Part shown: in pieces, positions 48,721 to 60,700 of the stretch | How the letters are laid out: each line of letters begins with the position of its first letter | Numbering within the stretch: the stretch's first letter is position 1 | Assembly: GCF_009914755.1 (NCBI RefSeq) | Contig: NC_060925.1 | From: the human T2T-CHM13v2.0 reference genome, Homo sapiens | Direction: 5' to 3' (one strand) | Length of the DNA: 64,000 nt | Notes under the pieces: generated by a model | What the model saw: only the letters and a program-made list of their open reading frames with translations | Databases searched by the model: none | What the model was told of the DNA's origin: nothing | Made by a program: the position numbers and the translations under genes

Positions 48721-51700
48721 AATGCTTCTGTCCAGTTTTTACTCGAAGCTATTTCCTTTACTACCGTAGGCCACAAAGCGTTCCAAATCTCCACTTGCAG
48801 ATACTACGAAAAGAGTGTTTCAACCTGAACTCACAAGGGACGGTTCAACTCTGTGAGTTGAATGCCAACATCACGAAGCAGTTCCTGACAAGGCTTCCGC
48901 TCAGTTAGGTGTGGTTTATCCCGTTTCCAACGAAATCCTCAGAGAAGTACAAATATCCACTTGCAGATCCTACAAAAAGTGTGTTTCGAAACTGCTCCAT
49001 CCAAAGGAATGTTCAGCTCTGTGAGTTGAACTCAATCGTCACACAGTGTTTCCTGAGAATGCTACTGTCTAGATTTCATGGGCAGTGATTTTCTCTACTA
49101 CCATAGGCTTCAAAGCGGTCCAAATCTCCCCTTGCAGATTCTACCAAAAGTGTGTTTCCAAACGGCTCTACCAAAGGGAATGTTCAACTCTGTGACTTGA
49201 AAGGATCATCAAAATGTAGTTTCGGAGAATGCTTCCATCTAGCTTTTATGAGGAGATAGTTGATTTTCCACCACAGGCCTCGAAACCCTCCAAATATCCA
49301 CTTGCAGATTCTAGAAAGAGACGGTTTCAAAGCTGCTCTATCAAAAGGAAAGTTCAACTCTGGGAGTTGAATGCAAACATCACAAAGTAGTCTCTGAGCA
49401 TGCTTCCATTTAGCTTTTATGGGAAGATTATCCCTTTTCCATCGAAATCTTCAAAGAGGTCCAAGTATCCGCTTGCAGGTCCCTCTGAAAGAGTGTTTCC
49501 AAGCTGCTGTATCAAAAGGAGCCTTCCACTCCGTGAGTTGAATGCAGTCTTCACAAAGAAGGAGTCTCTGATAATGCTTCTCTCTAGTTTTTATGTGAAG
49601 ATATTTCCTTTTCCACCACAGGCCTGAAAGCGCAAGAAATGTCCACTTGGAGACTCTACGATAAGAATGTTTCAAAACTGTTCTATGTAAAACATGGTTA
49701 AACTCTGGGAGTTGAACAAATGCCTCACAAAGAAGTTTCTGAGAAGGCATCTGTTTACTCTTTATGTGAAGATATTCCCGTTTGCAAAGAAATCTTAACA
49801 GAGTTCCACCTATCCATGGGCAGATTCTAGAGAAACTGAGTTTCGAAACTGCTCTATCCAAAGGAATGTTCAACTCTCTGAGTTGAATGCAATCATCACA
49901 GAGAGGTTTCTGAGAAGGCTTCTGTCTGGATTTTATGTGAAGATATAACCGTTTCAAACGAAGGCCACATAGTGCTCCAAATATCCACTTGCAGATCCTA
50001 CAAAAAGAGTGTTTCAAACGTGAGCTATCGAAGGAAGGTTCAACTCTGGACTTTGAATGCAAACGTCCCAAAGAATTTTCTGCGAAAGCTTCTGTTTAGT
50101 TAGGTGACGTTATCCCGTTTCCAACGAAATCCTCAGAGAGGTCCAAATATCCACTTGCAGATGCTACAAAAAGTGTGTTTCAAAACTGCTCCATCCAAAG
50201 GAATGTTCAGCTCTGTGAGTTACACTCAATCATCACAAAGTATTTTCTGAGAATGCTTCTGTCCAGTTTTTACTCGAAGCTATTTCCTTTACTACCGTAG
50301 GCCACAAAGCGTTCCAAATCTCCACTTGCAGATACTACGAAAAGAGTGTTTCAACTTGAACTCACAAGGGACGGTTCAACTCTGTGAGTTGAATGCCAAC
50401 ATCACGAAGAAGTTCCTGACAATGCTTCTGTTTAGTTAGGTGAGGTTTATCCCGTTTCCAACGAAATCCTCAGAGAAGTCCAAATATCCACTTGCAGATA
50501 CTACAAAAAGTGTGTTTCGAAACTGCTCCATCCAAAGGAATGTTCAGCTCTGTGAGTTGAACTCAATCGTCACAAAGTGTTTCCTGAGAATGCTACTGTC
50601 TAGATTTCATGGGCAGTGATTTCCTCTACTGCCATAGGCTTCAAAGCGGTCCAAATCTCCCCTTGCAGATTCTACCAAAAGTGCGTTTCCAAACGGCTCT
50701 ACCAAAGGGAATGTTCAACTCTGTGACTTGAAAGGAATCATCAAAATGTAGTTTCGGAGAATGCTTCCATCTAGCTTTTATGAGTAGATAGTTGATTTTC
50801 CACCACAGGCCTCGAAGCCCTCCAAATGTCCACTTGCAGATTCTAGAAAGAGAGGGTTTCAAAGCTGCTCTATCAAAAGGAAAGTACAACTCTGGGAGTT
50901 GAATGCAAACATCACAAAGTAGTCTCTGAGCATGCTTCCATTTAGCTTTTATGGTAAGATTTTAACTTTTCCATCGAAATCTTCAAAGAGGTCCAAGTAT
51001 CCGCTTGCAGGTCCCTCTGAAAGAGTGTTTCCAAGCTGCTGTATCAAAAGGAGCCTTCCACTCCGTGAGTTGAATGCAGTCTTCACAAAGAAGAAGTCTC
51101 TGACAATGCTTCTCCCTAGTTTTTATGTGAAGATATTTCCTTTTCCACCACAGGCCTGAAAGCGCAAGAAATGTCCACTTGGAGACTCTACGAAAAGAAT
51201 GTTTCAAAACTGTTCTATGAAAAGCAAGGTTAAACTCTGGGAGTTGAACACATGCCTCACAAAGAAGTTTCTGAGAAGGCATCTGTTTACTCTTTATGTG
51301 AAGATATTCCCGTTTCCAAAGAAATCTTCACAGAGTTCCACCTATCCATGGGCAGATTCTAGAGAAACAGAGTTTCGAAACTGCTCTATCCAAAGGAATG
51401 TTCAACTCTCTGAGTTGAATGCAATCATCACAGAGAGGTTACTGAGAAGGCTTCTGTCTGGATTTTATGTGAAGATATACCCGTTTCGAACGAAGGCCAC
51501 ATAGTACTCCAAATATCCACTTGCAGATCCTACAAAAAGTGTGTTTCGAAACTGCTCCATCCAAAGGAATGTTCAGCTCTGTGAGTTGAACTCAATCGTC
51601 ACAAAGTGTTTCCTGAGAATGCTACTGTCTAGGTTTCATGGGCAGTGATTTCCTCTACTGCCTTAGGCTTCAAAGCGGTCCAAATCTCCCCTTCCAGATT

Positions 51701-54700
51701 CTACCAAAAGTGTGTTTCCAAACGGCTCTACCAAAGGGAATGTTCAACTCTGTGACTTGAAAGGAATCATCAAAATGTAGTTTCGGAGAATGCTTCCATC
51801 TAGCTTTTATGAGGAGATATTTCCTTTTCCACCACAGGCCTCAAAACCCTCCAAATGTCCACTTGCAGATTCTAGAAAGAGAGGGTTTCAAAGCTGCTCT
51901 ATCAAAAGGAAAGTACAACTCTGGGATTTGAATGCAAACATCAGAAAGAAGTCTCTGAGCATGCTTCCATTTAGCTTTTATGGGAAGATTATCCCTTTTC
52001 CATCGAAATCTTCAAAGAGGTCCAAGTATCCGCTTGCAGGTCCCTCTGAAAGAGTGTTTCCAAGCTGCTGTATCAAAAGGAGCCTTCCACTCCGTGAGTT
52101 GAATGCAGTCATCACAAAGGAGAAGTTTCTGACAATGCGTCTCTCTAGTTTTTATGTGAATATATTTCCTTTTCCACCACAGGCCTGAAAGCGCAACAAA
52201 TGTCCACTTGGAGACTCTACGAAAAGAATGTTTCAAAACTGTTCTATGAAAAGCAAGGTTAAACTCTGGGAGTTGAACACATGCCTCACAAAGAAGTTTC
52301 TGAGAAGGCATCTGTTTACTCTTTATGTGAAGATATTCCCGTTTGCAAAGAAATCTTCACAGAGTTCCACCTATCCATGGGCAGATTCTAGAGAAACAGA
52401 GTTAAGAAACTGCTCTATCCAAAGGAATGTTCAACTCTCTGAGTTGAATGCAATCATCACAGAGAGGTTTCTGAGAAGGCTTCTGTCTGGATTTTATGTG
52501 AAGGTATACCCTTTTCGAACGAAGGCCACAAAGTGCTCCAAATATCCACCTGCAGATCCTACAAAAAGAGTGTTTCAAACGTGAGCTATCGAAGGAAGGT
52601 TCAACTCTGGACTTTGAATGCAAACGTCCCAAAGAAGTTTCTGCGAAAGCTTCTGTTTAGTTAGGTGACGTTATCCCGTTTCCAACGAAATCCTCAGAGA
52701 GGTCCAAATATCCACTTGCAGATGCTACAAAAAGTGTGTTTCAAAACTGCTCCATCCAAAGGAATGTTCAGCTCTGTGAGTTACACTCAATCATCACAAA
52801 GTATTTTCTGAGAATTCTTCTGTCCAATTTTTACTCGAAGCTATTTCCTTTACTACCGTAGGCCACTAAGCGTTCCAAATCTCCACTTGCAGATACTACG
52901 AAAAGAATGTTTCAACATGAACTCACAAGGGACGGTTCAACTCTGTGAGTTGAATGCCAACATCACGAAGAAGTTCCTGACAATGCTTCTGTTTAGTTAG
53001 GTGAGGTTTATCCCGTTTCCAACGAAATCCTCAGAGAAGTCCAAATATCCACTTGCAGATCCTACAAAAAGTGTGTTTCGAAACTGCTCCATCCAAAGGA
53101 ATGTTCAGCTCTGTGAGTTGAACTCAATCGTCTCAAAGTGTTTCCTGAGAATGCTACTGTCTAGATTTCATGGGCAGTGATTTCCTCTACTGCCATAGGC
53201 TTCAAAGCGGTCCAAATCTCCCCTTGCAGATTCTACCAAAAGTGTGTTTCCAAACGGCTCTACCAAAGGGAATGTTCAACTCTGTGACTTGAAAGGAATC
53301 ATCAAAATGTAGTTTCGGAGAATGCTTCCATCTAGCTTTTATGAGTAGATAGTTGATTTTCCACCACAGGCCTCGAAACACTCCAAATGTGCACTTGCAG
53401 ATTCTAGAAAGAGAGGGTTTCAAAGCTGCTCTATCAAAAGGAAAGTACAACTCTGGGAGTTGAATGCAAACATCACAAAGTAGTCTCTGAGCATGCTTCC
53501 ATTTAGCTTTTATGGGAAGATTATCCCTTTTCCATCGAAATCTTCAAAGAGGTCCAAGTATCCGCTTGCAGGTCCCTCTGAAAGAGTGTTTCCAAGCTGC
53601 TGTATCAAAAGGAGCCTTCCACTCCGTGAGTTGAATGCAGTCATCACAAAGAAGAAGTCTCTGACAATGCTTCTCTCTAGTTTTTATGTGAAGATATTTC
53701 CTTTTCCACCACAGGCCTGAAAGCGCAACAAATGTCCACTTGGAGACTCTACGAAAAGAATGTTTCAAAACTGTTCTATGAAAAGCAAGGTTAAACTCTG
53801 GGAGTTGAACACATGCCTCACAAAGAAGTTTCTGAGAAGGCATCTGTTTACTCTTTATGTGAAGATATTCCCGTTTGCAAAGAAATCTTCACAGAGTTCC
53901 ACCTATCCATGGGCAGATTCTAGAGAAACAGAGTTTCGAAACTGCTCTGTCCAAAGGAATGTTCAACTCTCTGAGTTCAATGCAATCATCACAGAGAGGT
54001 TTCTGAGAAGGCTTCTGTCTGGATTTTATGTGAAAATATACCCGTTTCTAACAAAGGCCACAAAGTGCTCCAAATATCCACTTGCAGATCCTACAAAAAG
54101 AGTGTTTCAAACGTGAGCTATCGAAGGAAGGTTCAACTCTGGACTTTGAATGCAAACGTCCCAAAGAAGATTCTGCGAAAGCTTCTGTTTAGTTAGGTGA
54201 CGTTATCCCGTTTCCAACGAAATCCTCAGAGAGGTCCAAATATCCACTTGCAGATGCTACAAAAAGTGTGTTTCAAAACTGCTCCATCCAAAGGAATGTT
54301 CAGCTCTGTGAGTTACACTCAAACATCACAAAGTATTTTCTGAGAATGCTTCTGTCCAGTTTTTACTCGAAGCTATTTCCATTACTACCGTAGGCCACAA
54401 AGCGTTCCAAATCTCCACTTGCAGATACTACGAAAAGAGAGTTTCATCCTGATCTCACAAGGGACGGTTCAACTCTCTGAGTTGAATGCCAACATCACGA
54501 AGAAGTTCCTGACAATGCTTCTGTTTAGTTAGGTGAGGTTTATCCCGTTTCCAACGAAATCCTCAGAGAAGTCCAAATATCCACTTGCAGATCCTACAAA
54601 AAGTGTGTTTCGAAACTGCTCCATCCAAAGGAATGTTCAGCTCTGTGAGTTGAACTCAATCGTCACAAAGTGTTTCCTGAGAATGCTACTGTCTAGGTTT

Positions 54701-57700
54701 CACGGGCAGTGATTTCCTCTACTGCCTTAGGCTTCAAAGCGGTCCAAATCTCCCCTTGCAGATTCTACCAAAAGTGTGTTTCCAAACGGCTCTACCAAAG
54801 GGAATGTTCAACTCTGTGACTTGAAAGGAATCATCAAAATGTAGTTTCGGAGAATGCTTCCATCTAGCTTTTATGAGGAGATATTTCCTTTTCCACCACA
54901 GGCCTCGAAGCCCTCCAAATGTCCACTTGCAGATTCTAGAAAGAGAGGGTTTCAAAGCTGCTCTATGAAAAGGAAAGTACAACTCTGGGATTTGAATGCA
55001 AACATCAGAAAGAAGTCTCTGAGCATGCTTCCATTTAGCTTTTATGGGAAGATTATCCCTTTTCCATCGAAATCTTCAAAGAGGTCCAAGTATCCGCTTG
55101 CAGGTCCCTCTGAAAGAGTGTTTCCAAGCTGCTGTATCAAAAGGAGCCTTCCACTCCGTGAGTTGAATGCAGTCATCACAAAGGAGAAGTTTCTGACAAT
55201 GCTTCTCTCTAGTTTTTATGTGAAGATATTTCCTTTTCCACCACAGGCCTGAAAGCGCTCCAATTGTCCACTTGGAGACTCTACGAAAAGAATGTTTCAA
55301 AACTGTTCTATGAAAAGCAAGGTTAAACTCTGGGAGTTGAACACATGCCTCACAAAGAAGTTTCTGAGAAGGCATCTGTTTACTCTTTATGTGAAGATAT
55401 TCCCGTTTGCAAAGAAATCTTCACAGAGTTCCACCTATCCATGGGCAGATTCTAGAGAAACAGAGTTAAGAAACTGCTCTATCCAAAGGAATGTTCAACT
55501 CTCTGAGTTGAATGCAATCATCACAGAGAGGTTTCTGAGAAGGCTTCTGTCTGGATTTTATGTGAAGATATACCCGTTTCGAAAGAAGGCCACAAAGTGC
55601 TCCAAATATCCACCTGCAGATCGTACAAAAAGAGTGTTTCAAACGTGAGCTATCGAAGGAAGGTTCAACTCTGGACTTTGAATGCAAACGTCCCAAAGAA
55701 GTTTCTGCGAAAGCTTCTGTTTAGTTAGGTGACGTTATCCCGTTTCCAACGAAATCCTCAGAGAGGTCCAAATATCCACTTGCAGATGCTACAAAAAGTG
55801 TGTTTCAAAACTCCTCCATCCAAAGGAATGTTCAGCTCTGTGAGTTACACTCAATCATCACAAAGTATTTTCTGAGAATTCTTCTGTCCAGTTTTTACTC
55901 GAAGCTATTTCCTTTACTACCGTAGGCCACAAAGCGTTCCAAATCTCCACTTGCAGATACTACGAAAAGAGTGTTTCAACCTGAACTCACAAGGGACGGT
56001 TCAACTCTGTGAGTTGAATGCCAACATCACGAAGAAGTTCCTGAAAATGCTTCTGTTTAGTTAGGTGAGGTTTATCCCGTTTCCAACGAAATCCTCAGAG
56101 AAGTCCAAATATCCACTTGCAGATCCTACAAAAAGTGTGTTTCGAAACTGCTCCATCCAAAGGAATGTTCAACTCTGTGAGTTGAACTCAATCGTCACAA
56201 AGTGTTTCCTGAGAATGCTACTGTCTAAATTTCATGGGCAGTGATTTCCTCTACTGCCATAGGCTTCAAAGCGGTCCAAATCTCCCCTTGCAGATTCTAC
56301 CAAAAGTGTGTTTCCAAACGGCTCTACCAAAGGGAATGTTCAACTCTGTGACTTGAAAGGAATCATCAAAATGTAGTTTCTGAGAATGCTTCCATCTAGC
56401 TTTTATGAGTAGATAGTTGATTTTCCACCACAGGCCTCGAAACCCTCCAAATGTCCACTTGCAGATTCTAGAAAGAGAGGGTTTCAAAGCTGCTCTATCA
56501 AAAGGAAAGTACAACTCTGGGAGTTGAATGCAAACATCACAAAGTAGTCTCTGAGCATGCTTCCATTTAGCTTTTATAGGAAGATTATCCCTTTTCCATC
56601 GAAATCTTCAAAGAGGTCCAAGTATCCGCTTGCAGGTCCCTCTGAAAGAGTGTTTCCAAGCTGCTGTATCAAAAGGAGCCTTCCACTCCGTGAGTTGAAT
56701 GCAGTCATCACAAAGAAGAAGTCTCTGACAATGCTTCTCTCTAGTTTTTATGTGAAGATATTTCCTTTTCCACCACAGGCCTGAAAGCGCAACAAATGTC
56801 CACTTGGAGACTCTACGAAAAGAATGTTTCAAAACTGTTCTATGAAAAGCAAGGTTAAACTCTGGGAGTTGAACACATGCCTCACAAAGAAGTTTCTGAG
56901 AAGGCATCTGTTTACTCTTTATGTGAAGATATTCCCGTTTGCAAAGAAATCTTCACAGAGTTCCAGCTATCCATGTGCAGATTCTAGAGAAACAGAGTTT
57001 CGAAACTGCTCTGTCCAAAGGAATGTTCAACTCTCTGAGTTCAATGCAATCATCACAGAGAGGTTTCTGAGAAGGCTTCTGTCTGGATTTTATGTGAAAA
57101 TATACCCGTTTCGAACAAAGGCCACAAAGTGCTCCAAATATCCACTTGCAGATCCTACAAAAAGAGTGTTTCAAACGTGAGCTATCGAAGGAAGGTTCAA
57201 CTCTGGACTTTGAATGCAAACGTCCCAAAGAAGTTTCTGCGAAAGCTTCTGTTTAGTTAGGTGACGTTAACCCGTTTCCAACGAAATCCTCAGAGAGGTC
57301 CAAATATCCACTTGCAGATGCTACAAAAAGTGTGTTTCAAAACTGCTCCATCCAAAGGAATGTTCAGCTCTGTGAGTTACACTCAAACATCACAAAGTAT
57401 TTTCTGAGAATGCTTCTGTCCAGTTTTTACTCGAAGCTATTTCCTTTACTACCGTAGGCCACAAAGCGTTCCAAATCTCCACTTGCAGATACTACGAAAA
57501 GAGAGTTTCATCCTGATCTCACAAGGGACGGTTCAACTCTCTGAGTTGAATGCCAACATCACGTAGAAGTTCCTGACAATGCTTCTGTTTAGTTAGGTGA
57601 GGTTTATCCCGTTTCCAAGGAAATCCTCAGAGAAGTCCAAATATCCACTTGCAGATCCTACAAAAAGTGTGTTTCGAAACTGCTCCATCCAAAGGAATGT

Positions 57701-60700
57701 TCAGCTCTGTGAGTTGAACTCAATCGTCACAAAGTGTTTCCTGAGAATGCTACTGTCTAGGTTTCATGGGCAGTGATTTCCTCTACTGCCTTAGGCTTCA
57801 AAGCGGTCCAAATCTCCCCTTGCAGATTCTACCAAAAGTGTGTTTCCAAACGGCTCTACCAAAGGGAATGTTCAACTCTGTGTCTTGAACGGAATCATCA
57901 AAATGTAGTTTCGGAGAATGCTTCCATCTAGCTTTTATGAGGAGATATTTCCTTTTCCACCACAGGCCTCGAAACCCTCCAAATGTCCACTTTCAGATTC
58001 TAGAAAGAGAGGGTTTCAAAGCTGCTCTATCAAAAGGAAAGTACAACTCTGGGATTTGAATGCAAACATCAGAAAGAAGTCTCTGAGCATGCTTCCATTT
58101 AGCTTTTATGGGAAGATTATCCCTTTTCCATCGAAATCTTCAAAGAGGTCCAAGTATCCGCTTGCAGGTCCCTCTGAAAGAGTGTTTCCAAGCTGCTGTA
58201 TCAAAAGGAGCCTTCCACTCCGTGAGTTGAATGCAGTCATCACAAAGGAGAAGTTTCTGACAATGCGTCTCTCTAGTTTTTATGTGAAGATATTTCCTTT
58301 TCCACCACAGGCCTGAAAGCGCTCCAAATGTCCACTTGGAGACTCTACGAAAAGAATGTTTCAAAACTGTTCTATGAAAAGCAAGGTTAAACTCTGGGAG
58401 TTGAACACATGCCTCACAAAGAAGTTTCTGAGAAGGCATCTGTTTACTCTTTATGTGAAGATATTCCCGTTTGCAAAGAAATCTTCACAGAGTTCCACCT
58501 ATCCATGGGCAGATTTTAGAGAAACAGAGTTAAGAAACTGCTCTATCCAAAGGAATGTTCAACTCTCTGAGTTGAATGCAATCATCACAGAGAGGTTTCT
58601 GAGAAGGCTTCTGTCTGGATTTTATGTGAAGGTATACCCTTTTCGAACGAAGGCCACAAAGTGCTCCAAATATCCACCTGCAGATCCTACAAAAAGAGTG
58701 TTTCAAACGTGAGCTATCGAAGGAAGGTTCAACTCTGGACTTTGAATGCAAACGTCCCAAAGAAGTTTCTGCGAAAGCTTCTGTTTAGTTAGGTGACGTT
58801 ATCCCGTTTCCAACGAAATCCTCAGAGAGGTCCAAATATCCACTTGCAGATGCTACAAAAAGTGTGTTTCAAAACTCCTCCATCCAAAGGAATGTTCAGC
58901 TCTGTGAGTTACACTCAATCATCACAAAGTATTTTCTGAGAATTCTTCTGTCCAGTTTTTACTCGAAGCTATTTCCTTTACTACCGTAGGCCACTAAGCG
59001 TTCCAAATCTCCACTTGCAGATACTACGAAAAGAATGTTTCAACATGAACTCACAAGGGACGGTTCAACTCTGTGAGTTGAATGCCAACATCACGAAGAA
59101 GTTCCTGACAATGCTTCTGTTTAGTTAGGTGAGGTTTATCCCGTTTCCAACGAAATCCTCAGAGAAGTCCAAATATCCACTTGCAGATCCTACAAAAAGT
59201 GTGTTTCGAAACTGCTCCATCCAAAGGAATGTTCAGCTCTGTGAGTTGAACTCAATCGTCTCAAAGTGTTTCCTGAGAATGCTACTGTCTAGATTTCATG
59301 GGCAGTGATTTCCTCTAATGCCATAGGCTTCAAAGCGGTCCAAATCTCCCCTTGCAGATTCTACCAAAAGTGTGTTTCCAAACGGCTCTACCAAAGGGAA
59401 TGTTCAACTCTGTGACTTGAAAGGAATCATCAAAATGTAGTTTCGGAGAATGCTTCCATCTAGCTTTTATGAGTAGATAGTTGATTTTCCACCACAGGCC
59501 TCGAAACCCTCCAAATGTCCACTTGCAGATTCTAGAAAGAGAGGGTTTCAAAGCTGCTCTATCAAAAGGAAAGTACAACTCTGGGAGTTGAATGCAAACA
59601 TCACAAAGTAGTCTCTGAGCATGCTTCCATTTAGCTTTTATGGGAAGATTATCCCTTTTCCATCGAAATCTTCAAAGAGGTCCAAGTATCCGCTTGCAGG
59701 TCCCTCTGAAAGAGTGTTTCCAAGCTGCTGTATCAAAAGGAGCCTTCCACTCCGTGAGTTGAATGCAGTCATCACAAAGGAGAAGTTTCTGACAATGCGT
59801 CTCTCTAGTTTTTATGTGAATATATTTCCTTTTCCACCACAGGCCTGAAAGCGCAAGAAATGTCCACTTGGAGACTCTACGAAAAGAATGTTTCAAAACT
59901 GTTCTATGAAAAGCAAGGTTAAAATCTGGGAGTAGAACACATGCCTCACAAAGAAGTTTCTGAGAAGGCATCTGTTTACTCTTTATGTGAAGATATTCCC
60001 GTTTGAAAAAAATATTCTCAGAGTTCCACCTATCCATGTGCAGATTCTAGAGAAACAGAGTTTCGAAACTGCTCTGTCCAAAGGAATGTTCAACTCTCTG
60101 AGTTGAATGCAATCATCACAGAGAGGTTTCTGAGAAGGCTTCTGTCTGGATTTTATGTGAAGATATACCCGTTTCGAACGAAGGCCACAAAGTGCTCCAA
60201 ATATCCACTTGCAGATCCTACAAAAAGAGTGTTTCAAACGTGAGCTATCGAAGGAAGGTTCAACTCTGGACTTTGAATGCAAACGTCCCAAAGAAGTTTC
60301 TGCGAAAGCTTCTGTTTAGTTAGGTGACGTTAACCCGTTTCCAACGAAATCCTCCGAGAGGTCCAAATATCCACTTGCAGATGCTACAAAAAGTGTGTTT
60401 CAAAACTGCTCCATCCAAAGGAATGTTCAACTCTGTGAGTTACACTCAATCCTCACAAAGTATTTTCTGAGAATGCTTCTGTCCAGTTTTTACTCGAAGC
60501 TATTTCCTTTACTACCGTAGGCCACAAAGCGTTCCAAATCTCCACTTGCAGATACTACGAAAAGAGTGTTTCAACCTGAACTCACAAGGGACGGTTCAAC
60601 TCTGTGAGTTGAATGCCAACATCACGAAGCAGTTCCTGACAATGCTTCTGTTTAGTTAGGTGAGGTTTATCCCGTTTCCAACGAAATCCTCAGAGAAGTC

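Noticed and set aside
49451-50071. 206-aa minus-strand ORF next to the junction
   Set aside because: This is a chance read-through of satellite monomers in the most diverged copy and is not conserved in sister copies.
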